Below, one piece after another: positions 10,102-21,205 of a DNA stretch of 51,610 nt. Under the pieces are notes generated by a model. That model ran no database searches. It was given only the letters and a program-made list of their open reading frames with translations, and was not told where the DNA came from. The number at the start of each line of letters is the position of its first letter. The first letter of the stretch is position 1. Source of the DNA: Raillietiella orientalis (lineage: Eukaryota); NCBI GenBank assembly GCA_036172245.1, contig JAYWIR010000107.1, positions 124,001 to 175,610 of the forward strand. Reading direction: 5' to 3'. The translations under genes were made by a program, and so were the position numbers.

Positions 10102-13100
10102 TCACAGTTGCTGGTGGGGCCGTTGCATCCTTTTCAGGATGCCTGCAAACTCCTTCTGTATTCCTGGATCCAGGTGGGGCCATCGGGACGCCCTCCTTAG
10201 GAACTGGGAGGCTGGCTGGATGGCACTCTGGTCGCGTTGTCCTCCCGTAGCCTTGCTCCAAGCGGTGACGATCCCGCGTAGGCAGCACAAAGCTGCTAAG
10301 GAGGCCGCTGGCCGAAGGGCTTCGGCAACGAAGAGGGCTTTCAGTGCGTCCCTAAGGTTGCTGCAGGGGATTCCGAATGCCGCGGCAAAGCGAAACCAAA
10401 GGAGCCGAAGGGCAACACAATCCACTAGCAGGTGGGGAGAAACTCCCGTTCCCCACACCTTACGCAATTGGAATCCAACGGTCCCCAGGTCCAGAAGTGT
10501 CGGCGGGGGTTGCAGGGGAATCCCAAGTGTTGCAACAAAAGAGCCGACTCCTGCCATTTTAAGGAAAGGGCGAAAGTGATCATGAGCACCGGGGGCCACT
10601 TCAGATGTTCAATGGGAACATCGAGCAGCGCGTCCCAGCAAAGAAGTCCATGGGGAGGCGTACTCGGGGTGGCAGCGTCAGTTAGCTGACCCGTCTTCCA
10701 CTCTCCTATCTTCTTGTCCTTTCCGGAGATTGTAACTGTAACCTCCCACTTCGCCGCAACATCGCTGAACTTATGTTCCACCAGGGAGTCAAGCTAGGCA
10801 ACGAATGGGTTTCTTCCTAACCACGCTCTCTTCTTAGGATCCTCCAGGATCTCACGAAGCGTGCAACTTCTGTAACACCCAAACAGGAACCTTCGTTCCT
10901 TTTGGGAGGGTAGCATGCCCAACTGTACCCACGTGCGAACGCTCTTCTGCAACTAGGCACTACCGTTAAACGGGCGACACGTGAGCAACCCTGGGTTTTT
11001 CCGATACAGCGCAGCCACCCTCCATTGCTGGAGTCCGCATCGGTTGACACGGCGACGGAGTGCAAGAAACGACGTCAGTCCCGTCTTGCCGGTGGCTTGC
11101 TTGAGAAGGAGACGTGCAGGGACGCACCAACAGGTGCACTACAACTCTGGAACGAGTGCCAACAAGCGAAACTGGAGCTAAATCTTTAGCCGCTCCAGCG
11201 TCAGGAGGCCCAGACCACCATCCCGGCGAGGAGCGCACAAGTCCTTCAAGCGGACTCGGGCCCTCCCGTTGCCCCAAATAACGACACGGAGGAGGTCCTT
11301 TGTCCGCTTTTTAATCCTCTCTGTGGGGGGGGAAACAAAAAGCAGGGGGCGGAGGAGAGGAGCCGCGAACGTATTCTAAACCGCGGCCCGTTCAGGCAGG
11401 AAAAACCTGCCGCCTGGGAATGGGCCGATAGCCTTCTCTACTTTCTGAAGGCAGCCGGACCACGCTTCCGCAGGGGATTAGTCCCCTAACGGCACACCAA
11501 GGTACTTGAAGTACCTCATTGTGGGGATCCCCAAACGAACCCAGTCCTGCTGCCCTGCCCACGCCGCCCCAACTGGCATCACGGACGACTTCGACTTGTT
11601 CACCCTAAGTCCGGTTCCTTGATGCAGCAGGTCGAAGAACTCCTCGACCGCCGCAGCCGGGGTGGACATAGGGAGCAGCAGCAGAAGGTCGTCCACGTAT
11701 GCTGAAACGGCCGGCGTACCGGCACAGTCGTGCGGCAGGTGCGCCAGAGTTCCCCTGTACGCTCTTAGTACCAACTCAAAGTAGGTACTGAAGAGCAGGG
11801 GGCTCAGGCTGTCTTCCTGCCGGATCCCACGCCGCAACGGCACGCCGTGCAAGGTCTGCCCGCTGAAAGTAACATTGATAAGCGCGTCGCCCCAGCAGGA
11901 GCGCAGATAGGCCACTAATGAGGCTGGGAAGCCCAAGCGTTCCAGAAGCTCCAGAAGGAAATTCTGGTTGACGCAATCGAATGCTTTTCGCAAGTCGATT
12001 GCGACCGCAAGGGCTCCCTCATCCACCCGAAGATCCAACCCCTTGCCGGCGCACGCACCGGGATTCCGGCTGCACACCAAGCTCCTTTCATGTTGGAGCT
12101 CTAGCCAGGTGGATGCGTGGGACAGGTTCGCCTCTATGCTTCGCCCGGGAACAGCATATGTCTGTTCCGGTCTGATGAAGATGTTGGCAACCCGTCTTAG
12201 ACGCTCTGCCGGAACCTTAGCTATCAACTTGGCGTCCGCATTCACTATTGTGATGGGACGCCTGTTGTTCATGCTCCTCAGATCTCCTCCCTTAAGAAGA
12301 AGCCACACCTTTAAAGAACGAAACAAGGCGAGAACGTAACCTGTTTCGCGTATCAGCAAGGTGAGTTGCTGTTCCAGGGGGGTAAGCTCAGCCGCGGAAG
12401 TTTGATAAAACTCCGCGGGCATACTCTCCTCCCCTGGAGCCTTTCGTTTCTTGAGCTTTCCGATGGCCGAGAGGATCTCGTCCATCGTGAAAGGCTCGTC
12501 GAGGTTCTTTCTCTGCTCCTCCCCGATCGCTGGAGCGCCTTTTGGAAGCAGGAGTCGTGAGACGTTCCTCTCTGGAGGTGCCCTGGCATACAGGGAGGAG
12601 TAGTTACTCCGCAGCAGGCCGCGGATTTAGGCAGGTTCCGAGTGTTCCTGGCCCTGATCGTCCAGTAAGCTGGCCGATCCGGACTGCCAGGCTTGCCTCT
12701 CGGCTCCCGCTTTGTATTCCGCCAGCCTGCGGATGTCGGGGATCCTGGCGTAACGACGCGCCTGCAGGTAGGCTCGTTCGTTACGGACCTTGGTCCCAAA
12801 ACCCGTAGGTAGGCGGTGCAGAGGGAACTGGTCGGAGAACTCCTGGACCGACCGCTTGAAGCGGTCCCAATCCTGAAGTGTCCGCAGCCTGAAGCTCCGT
12901 ATGAACTTACGGAGATGTTCCGCCGCGTCCGGGATCTTCAGCCAGTCCCCTGGCAGACGCCACACTAACTAGGGGGGGCCCCTGTCGCGCGGATGGATCT
13001 CGAGGACTAGCGGGCGATGGTCGGACAGCTCGCACGGTAACTTGCCGCGCCTGCCCACGCGAGGGCACAGGTGCTCGTCAAGAAACACGTGGTCGCTGCT

Positions 13101-13682
13101 GTCTTCCATCTCCGGTGCACTGGCAAACAAATTACAGGTGTGCACCGCCATGCACACCTCGTTGACCAGGTCACTCTCGTGATTCTGCCCATCTGGTTTC
13201 AGGCGAACGTTGAAATCGCCTGCAACCAGATAAGCATTCCGCACGCCTGCTTCGGTCAGCCAGTCTCGCCGGAGGGCAAGGAAAAACTCTTTCTTCGCCC
13301 TCCTGTTCATAAGGTCCTTGCCGCTTGGTGCGTACACGTTCGTGACGATCAGATCGATCGAGTGGGACCACCTGAGAGTCAGCTGGCCGACACGACCGTG
13401 ATCGTCGAACCGCACGCCCCGAGCCGCGGCCTCGACGGCTGGCCGAAGCAGGTAGGCGACAGCGCAACTTTTCGCTCTCCCACACCTGTAGCATAGTTGC
13501 CCTCCGGAGATCCGTTCGATTTCTTGCGCTTGTTCTGCAGAGATCACGTGGATCTCCTGCAGCAGCGCTAGGTCGTAGGACTCCAGAAGGGCGGCCATGT
13601 CTCGTCTCCTGCCGGCGTCTGTCATGCCGTTCACGTTCCAAACGGCGATGCGCAGACGAAGGCGGGAAGAGATTCCCGGCAT
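10102..13682 (-). pseudogene. C1 ORF2 (APE-RT-zinc finger), multiple stops and frameshifts
   Basis: ORFs 12969..13682 (APE), 12627..12965, 11478..12485 (RT: KAFD, QEDSLSP, YVDD, KYLG), 10425..10781, 10102..10599. Confidence 0.92.
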
Positions 13683-15344
13683 TACTGCTGGGAAGGTTGA
13701 GGTGTGGGGGAGCCCTCTTCTTGCGAGGCGGGCGGGATTTCCAAGGGGATTCCGGCCTTCTCAGGCACCTGAGGCACCTGTTCGTCCTCCACCCCCTCCA
13801 TCCCCTCCGTGTCCCCGCGTCTGAGTCTCTCGGGCGACGGGTCCCGAGAGTTTCCTACGCTCATGGCACCCTCGCTTGCGGAAGCCATCTCTTCCCCTTC
13901 GACGGGGGAGACGAGATTCCTTGGCTTTGTGGACTTACGTCCAGCCTTCTTGCGCGGTGCCGTGGAAACGGAGGTTGCGCTTCCGGCGTCCACCTCGGGG
14001 TCGGAAGTGGGGGACTCCTGAGCGGAGGCCGGACGCCTTACGGCCTTCTTGCCATCCTTGGAGGGTTCTGGCTGCAACGAGGCTGCCAGCTCGTCCGCGG
14101 CTCGCGCGAAGGCCACGTCATCGATGGTGGTGTCGATGACGGACGCCGCCGCCGGCTCGATCCCCTCGCTGTTGACAGAATCAACAGAGGGGTGCTCGTC
14201 GGTAGCGGCGAGTTCTTTTTCGCAGCGGTCGGCAATACGCTCGACGACAACGGTGCATTCTTGAATTTGCTCGCTTGCCTGCTGTTTTTTCGGGCGGTAA
14301 GCTTGCTTTTTCTCCATCCTCATCTCCTTCTTTGATTTTTTGGCCGTAGCCACCTGCCACCCTGGCTCCTGGTTTGTTCCCTCGACTTGTTCGGCGTTGT
14401 TCGCCGGGCTCTCGGATGCGGCCTGGGCGTTGGGCGCGGGTTGCACAGCCTTCGCGGCAGCTTTCGCCGCCAGCCTTTTCTGCAGTAGCCGGGCACGTTT
14501 TTTAAGGTTTCTCTTGGAAACCACCTACACTGCTGCTTTAGGCCACAGCTCGTCGTGTGTCCCATGGTTCCGCATTCTTGGCACTGCACATTGGGACACC
14601 TCTATTTGAGTTGGCCCGAGGTATTGCAGAAGCCACAGTATTTCGGCTTCCCCACATACCAGAGGTCGACGGTTTTGCCTTCGACCACCAGATTGTGGGG
14701 AAGAGTGCAGCCCTCCCGAACGGTCACGCGCGCAGCAGTGAGGCCGTGTTGCAGCCCCGTGTAGTCCTAGTAAGGAGTTACTTTCCTCCACTGCGCGTGG
14801 AGCGTTCCGAACTGTTCCAAAGCGGCGCGAAACTGTTCTTTGCGCATTCCCACGGTTACGCCTAACAGGTGGACCACCATGCTGCGGTCCGCCGTAGTGG
14901 GGAGGAACCTGCGCGTCCTCATCAGAACAAGGGTTTTAAGCAGTCGTTGGGCCAGCTCTCCATGTTTGCAGATGACCTCAACGTACTGATCCCCGCTGCG
15001 GATGGTCATAGCGCTGAGCTCCTCCTGTTTTACATTGAGAGCGCGCATGCCCTTCGAGAAGGCGCGCGCGCTATCTAAAGAATATAAATCGCCTACCTTG
15101 TAGAACAATGAGGGGTTGTACCCCTCCTCTACATAGGCCGACAATTCTGCCGCGGCTGCAGGCGATGGCGCCGACACAACGGCGCTCCACGCCCGCGCTG
15201 AGCGGGGACCGATTCTGTGGGAGCGGATGCCCCCAACTCCATCGCCTCTGAGGGCGACGTTTCCGCCGCCCACTGGCTCTCCATCGCCTCTGAGGGCGGC
15301 GTTGCCGCTGCCCCCTGGCCATCCCTGGTGGTCGCGTCAGGCAT
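13682..15344 (-). pseudogene. C1 ORF1, frameshifted
   Basis: ORFs 14767..15273 and 13682..14524; colinear with the 467-aa ORF 42772..44175. Confidence 0.88.
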
Positions 15345-15438
15345 CGCTGCATGATCGACCACCGAACCACACGACGCTTGCACTGGGGGAGACTTCCTGG
15401 CACGAGGAGCACGGCGAAAACACGTCCGCCATAGAGCG

Positions 15439-15452
15439 CACAAGGCGTTCGA
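15439..15452 (+). repeat. TSD copy 2 (CACAAGGCGTTCGA) between tandem C1 and C2
   Basis: Lies exactly between the C1 5' end and the C2 3' end. Confidence 0.9.
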
Positions 15453-17543
15453 TTTTCACCCGGATTTCTCCAAGTCGTTTATTAAAAATTAAACTTTGTA
15501 TACAAATTATTAATAACTGTGGCAATGCTCCAGCCAGAAGCTAAGGACCACGGCGTCTGCCAATTCACCGGTGTCTAGACCGGTACGGTCTACCAAGGCA
15601 GCAGAAGAATGGGGAAAAACAAAAAAAAAAAAACTAAACAAAAAAAAACAAAGGTTGGGAGGGAACGGGAAGGGATCACTGTTGCTGCTGGGGCCGCATC
15701 ATCCCTCTCAGGATGCTGGCAAGCTCTTGTTTGTTGTAAACAGCCAGGTGGGGCCATCGCGACGCCCTCTTCAGGAATTCGGAGGCGCACTGGATGGCTT
15801 CCTGATCGTTAGGTTTTCCCGGCGCCGTGCTCCAGGCAGCGACGGTCCCACGAAGGCAGCACAAGGCTGCTATCGAGGACGCTGTCCGCAGGGCGTCGGC
15901 AACGAAGAAGGCTTTTAATGCGTTCCTGAGGTTTCTGCAAGGGATACCGATGGCTGCGGCAAAGCGGAACCAAAGTAGCCGAACTGCAACACAATCCACT
16001 AGGAGGTGGGGGAGGGACTTCGTACCCTGCACCTTACACAATTTGGATCCACCGCTCCCCAGGTCCAGTGGTGTCCACGGGCGTTGCAGGGGAGTCCCCA
16101 GTGCTGCAACAGGAATGCCGACTCTTGCCATTTTAGGGGGAGGATGAAGTGTTCATAAGAATCGGGGGCCACTTCAGATGTTCAATCGGAACATTCAGCA
16201 GCGCTCCCCAGCGCAGAAGTCCATTAGGAGGCGTACTCGGGGACGCAGCATCAGTTAGCTGGCCCGTCTTCCGCTCTCTCTGCTTCTCCTCTTTCCCGGA
16301 GATTTTTATTGTAACCTCCCACTTCGCCGCAACATCGCTGTCCTGATGTTCCACTAGAGAGTCCAGCGCAGCAGCGAGGGGTGTTCTTCCTGACCATGCT
16401 CTCTACTTAGGATCCTCCAGGATTTCACGGAGCGTGCAACTTCTGTAACACCCAAACAGGAACCTTCGTTCCTGATGGGAGGAATGCATGCCGAACTGTC
16501 CCCACGTACGAACGGTTTTCTGCAACCAGGCACTACCGTTTGCGGGGAGACAGGTGATCCATTCTTGATTTTTCCTTGTCTGCGCAGCCACCCTCCGTAG
16601 CTGAAGCCCACATTGGTTGATGCGGCTTCGATGGAGTGCAAGAAACGACGTAAGTCCCGTCTTGCCGGTGGCTCTCTGAAGAAGGAGACGTACAGGGACG
16701 CACAACAGGTGCACCACAACTCCGGCACAAGTGTTAAACTCCGGAACTGGAGCTGCAGCTCCAGCCGCTCCAATGTCAGGAGGCCGAGACCAGCGTCCCG
16801 ACGCGGAGCGCACAAGTCCTTCAAGCGGACTTGGGCCCTCCCGTTGCCCCAAAGGGCGATACGGAGGAGGTCCTTCGCCCACTTTTTGATCCTCTCTGTA
16901 GGGGGGCAAACAAAAAGCAGGAAACAAAGGAGAGGAGCCGCGAACATGTTCCAAACCGCGGCCGGTACAGGCAGGAAACCCTCCCGCCTCGGAACGGGCC
17001 GATAGCCGTATCTACTTTTTGAAGGCAGCCGGACCACGCTTACGCAGGGGAGTAGTCCCCCAACGGCACACCAAGGTACTTGAAGTACCTCACCGTGGGG
17101 ATCTTCAAAGGGACCTAGTCCTGCTGCCCTGCCCACGCCGCACCAACTGGCATCACGGACGACTTCGCCCTGTTCACCGTAAGTCCGGTTCCCCGATGCA
17201 GCAGGTCGAAGAACTCCTCGACCGCCGAAGCCGGGGTGGACATAGGGAGCAGTAGCAGGAGGTCGTCCGCATATGCTGATACCGCAGGCGTTCCGGCGCA
17301 TTCATGTAACAGGTGCGCCAGAGTTTCCCTGAACCATTTCAGTACCAACTCAAAGTAGGAACTGAAGAGCGAGGGGCTCAGGCTGTCTCCTTGCCGGATT
17401 CCACGTCGCACAGGCACGCCGTGAACAGTATGCCCGCTGAAAGTAACATTGATTAGCGCATCGCGCCAGCTAGAGAGCAGATAGGCCAATAATGAGGCCC
17501 GGAAACCCAAGCGTTCCAAAAGCTCCAGCAGGAGATTCTGGTC
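15453..17543 (-). mobile_element. Family C LINE copy C2, 3' portion only
   Basis: RT QGDSLSP/YADD (ORF 17115..17519), C-terminus and 3' UTR colinear with 9880-11970. Confidence 0.9.
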
Positions 17544-17580
17544 TAATAATTAATAAACGTCTTGGCGTATCCGGGTGGCA
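17544..17580 (+). mobile_element. 37-bp remnant of a family D 3' terminus
   Basis: TAATAAACGTCTTGGCGTATCCGGGTGGCA matches the D ends at 3392, 36646, 38917 and 47028. Confidence 0.8.
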
Positions 17581-20180
17581 TCGCCGAAACCTGCAGGAAG
17601 TTGATGGAGGGTAAACTGGTCACAGAACTCTCGTACTGATGGTTTTATTTTGTCCCATTCAGCGAGAGTCTGCAATTCGCAACTACGCGGGAATGCGCGG
17701 AGATGTTCGCGCGCCCCTGCGAGTCGCAACCAGTCCCCCGGCAGGCGCCACGCTTCGGAGGGTGGACCTCTGTCTTGCGGATGGATGTTGATTACTAACC
17801 GAGGGTGATCAGACAGCTCCGACGCAACTGCTGCTCGAGTTCCCACCCGCGTACACAAGTGGTTATCGAGGAACACGTGGTCGATTCTGTTTCTCACCCC
17901 GGCTCCATCGGCCAACAAGTTGCGTGTGTGCATAGGCGCACACAACTCGTTGACCAATTGTGCTCTTATGTCGGGCGCTTCCGACAGGAGGCGGACGTTG
18001 AAGTCTCCCGCTATCAGATGCGTCCGCCGCACGCCTGCTTCGGCCAGCCAGTCTCGCCGCAGGGTTTCGAAGAACGCGGTGCGTTCTGCGCGCCTGGGGC
18101 TGGTGCAGGGCGCGTACACGTTCGTAACTACGAGGTCGATCGATTCGGACCACTTAAGGACAAGTTGTCCTACTCGACCTTCCTCGTCGAACTATGCTCT
18201 GCGCACCGCATTGGCGACGGCCGGCTTCCGCAGGAAGGCCACTCCGCGGGAGTGGTCTCCTCCACCACGCCAAAGTATCCTGCCCCCTTTGAGGCTCTCG
18301 ATTTACTGGATGTCCTCTGCTCTGAGGGCATGCACCTCTTGGAAAAGTGCCAGCTCGAAAGGTTGCAGGGTGTCGGCCACGCTACGCCTCTTGCTTTCGC
18401 TACGCAGCCCGTTGACATTCCAACAGGCTATACGCAGCTGCCGGCAAGAGGCGATTCCACGCATCATACTAATGATGGTGGTGGCGTGTGTATTGCCGAC
18501 TCCGGTACGGGAGGCGGCTGGTCGTTGTCCATCTGCGGTGGTGGCGTTTCGGCAACGACCGGAACGTCTGCAGCCGCACTGAGGTCTATAGGAAGGACCG
18601 ACCGGATCCTGTCGATAGAGGGATCCCGCGACCTCGCGGACATCGCCTCCTCGCTATCCGAGCGCATCTCCTACTGCTCAGCCTGAGGGGGAGCGACGCG
18701 CATTGGGTTGCGCGACTTCCGGCCCGCCTTCCTCTTCGGGAGGGCGACGGTAAGAGAACTTCCGTCTTTCGCCTCGGACCCGGGAGTTTCAGGCCCTTAA
18801 CTTCCGCCGCACGTCTGACGGCCTTCTTTGCAGCCTTTGGCGGCTGCATTTATTTGGCCGCGAGTTCCTCCGCCGCCTTCGCGAAATTTTTCTCATCGCT
18901 GCTGCTCGCGTGTTTGTCGCAGGATTCCTGCGGCGGTTCCGCGGCGTTCGCGACGGTTGCGGGAGTCGCGTTCGCCGATCGACGCTCGATCGACGGAACG
19001 CGCTCGATTGTAACGCGGCATTCCTTCATGGACTCGCGCGGCAAAATTTCTTGTTTGCCGACCGCGTGGTTTTTGGTAAAGCTCGCGTTCTGATTTTTAT
19101 TATTTTTTCTATGTATTTTTTTTTTTGTGTGTGTGTTTCTTTTGCTTTTTTGCTTGAAACGACTTTCCAGTTTTCCTCGTCGGCAGCTGGCTCAGAAGTC
19201 TCCTTTAGGGGCTCCTGCTCCTTTTTCACGACTTCTTCTGAGGTCGGCGTCTGGTCGCTCGTTTTTTTGTTTTCTGCCTTCTTCCCCTCATTTGTCGAAG
19301 GGGCTGAAGGCGTAGTCGCGGCGTTTTTCGGGCACACAGCACTAGTGTGGCCCTTCGGGCCGCAGGTTGGGCATGTAGCATCCGGGCATCCCTTTTTAAG
19401 ATGCCCGAATGTGTTGCACAGCCCACATTTTTTTTTCCTTCCCCACGTACCAGAGTTCGACGAGCTCGTCGTTGACCTCCAGCTTGTGGGGAAGTTCTTT
19501 GTTTTCGCGGAGAGTTACGCGTGCGGCAACTCGCCCACTGAATGCGCCTCGATAAGTAAAGGCGTTGGGCTTCGACCACATCGCGTATATCTCCGCGAAC
19601 TTGGTGATCTCGACCACATCGCGTATATCTCCGCGAACTTGGTGATCTCAGTGCGGATGGCTTCCGCGGTCATCCGTACCGTTGTACCAGTGAGGTGGAT
19701 CACCATAGAGTGATCCACCTTGTGTGGGAGGAGATTTCGCCCTTCGAACGGAAAGGGCGTGCAGAGCAGTTCCTGTGTGAGCGCTGCATCTCTGCAGATC
19801 AGCTCCGCGAACTGCCCGCCGCTCCGAATCTAGAAGCAAAGAATCTCCTCGTCAGAGATTCCCATCCTACGGATGGCGTTTCCAAATTTCCGCGTTTTAA
19901 GCGGAGAATATAAGTTTCCTACCTTGTAAAGGAGGGCAGGGTTGTAGCCCTCCTTTATGTATGCCTGCACTTCGGCGGCCACGTCCGGCGGAGCCGCAGC
20001 GACCACCTTATTTACGCCTTCGCTGGGGTGGCGGGGCTGCTTTTGTGGTGGGGCATGAATCCACCTCTATGGGTTGGGAAGACGTGGGCCTCACGTCTCC
20101 CGTCGCAGGTACTGCGGCGTCTTCAGGCATTTCTGCCTTCCAACGGCCGCACTTCCAATCCACACAACACCTAGTCTTGG
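17581..20180 (-). mobile_element. Family A LINE copy A2 (partial 5' UTR, ORF1 20130->18464, APE 18467->17581)
   Basis: Inverted homolog of ~828-3391 ending at the same GGTTTCGGCGA| site. Confidence 0.92.
19572..19647. repeat. Perfect 38-bp tandem duplication frameshifting A2 ORF1
   Basis: TCGACCACATCGCGTATATCTCCGCGAACTTGGTGATC twice; single copy in A1. Confidence 0.95.
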
Positions 20181-21205
20181 TATGTTGGTAAGCCGCATTT
20201 CTGGGGACATCGCAGCACTTCAGGTCACCTGCAAAAAAGGTGCCCTCAATTCTAGTGCAAGCAACGCAAGCAACCCGAGCACACTCTTCCGGTGTGCCCG
20301 CAAAATGAAGTCCGCGTCGCGTCCGCATGGAATGCGAAGAAGCGCGCGGCCAAAGAAAAAAATAGTTCTGGCAGCGCGAGAGCGAATTGCCGCTAAAGAA
20401 CAAACTAACGTGCCTCAGGTAAAGGTGAGCTCCAAGATCCCTTCGAAAAACGTGGACAAGGTCGAGGAGGATTACGACGAGGAACCTGGATGGCAGATAG
20501 TGCAATCAAAGAGGCTGAAAAACCTCAAGGAAAAAAGTACAATAAATACCAGCGCAAAACACAGCGAGAAATTGCCGCGTCGCGAAAAAATTAAACGGCA
20601 AAATTGCACTCGTCGCTGGTGACTTTTAGCCCTCCGGAAAACTAATGCCGGAGGGATATCGACCCAGCGTTGGCGTCCGTCATCGAACGCATGCTTGATG
20701 ACGTGGCCTTTGAGCGAGCGGCGGAGAAGCTCGCTGCGTCCTTGCAGCGTCCCCTTAAATCTGCGAATAAGGCCTGAAGGCTACCGACCTCGATCAAGAA
20801 GTCGAAGATTCCGAACTTCGACGCAGAGGCGGAAAACATCCTGCAGCATCGAGGCCTCCCGCCCGAAGACCAGTCGTACGAAGAAGGCTACCCGCAAAAT
20901 TATCCCGTCCGTGGAAAAGGGAGAGATAATCGAGAGAAGCGAACGTGCGAAGAAAGTGGGAAACTCCTGGGACTCTCCTCCAGAGGTGACCCTACGCTGC
21001 GACGACGGAGGGAGGGAAAGGTTAGAGTCTGTGCCCCAGGTGAGTCAAGTGCCTGAGATGGCTGCGGTCCCCATACTCGTCCCTCCCGCCTGTCACTTGG
21101 CAGGTGCTGCAACGTCACGTTCCCAGTCTTAATGCCGGAAATCGCCTCTTCCCTCCGGTGCTACTGAAGAGATCCGCGTGATCTTTTCACACCAAGCAAC
21201 GGAGA
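20181..21205 (+). mobile_element. Family F (C-related) LINE, ORF1 3' half and first codons of ORF2
   Basis: WYVGKP plus degenerate knuckles at 20178-20300, DDVAFERAAEKLAASL, TAATG CCG GAA ATC at 21130, EIRVI..QATE at 21170-21205. Confidence 0.8.

Larger units (their letters stand above)
9880..15438 (-). mobile_element. Family C LINE copy C1, full length (~5.56 kb), degenerate, bounded by 14-bp TSD
   Basis: 5' UTR, ORF1, TAATG overlap, APE, RT, zinc finger, 3' UTR, AATAAA + hairpin + AAAA; TSD on both sides. Confidence 0.95.

Noticed and set aside
9880..15438. An intact, active element
   Set aside because: Even full-length C1 and H have several stops, frameshifts and altered motifs; some indels might be sequencing errors, which cannot be judged here.
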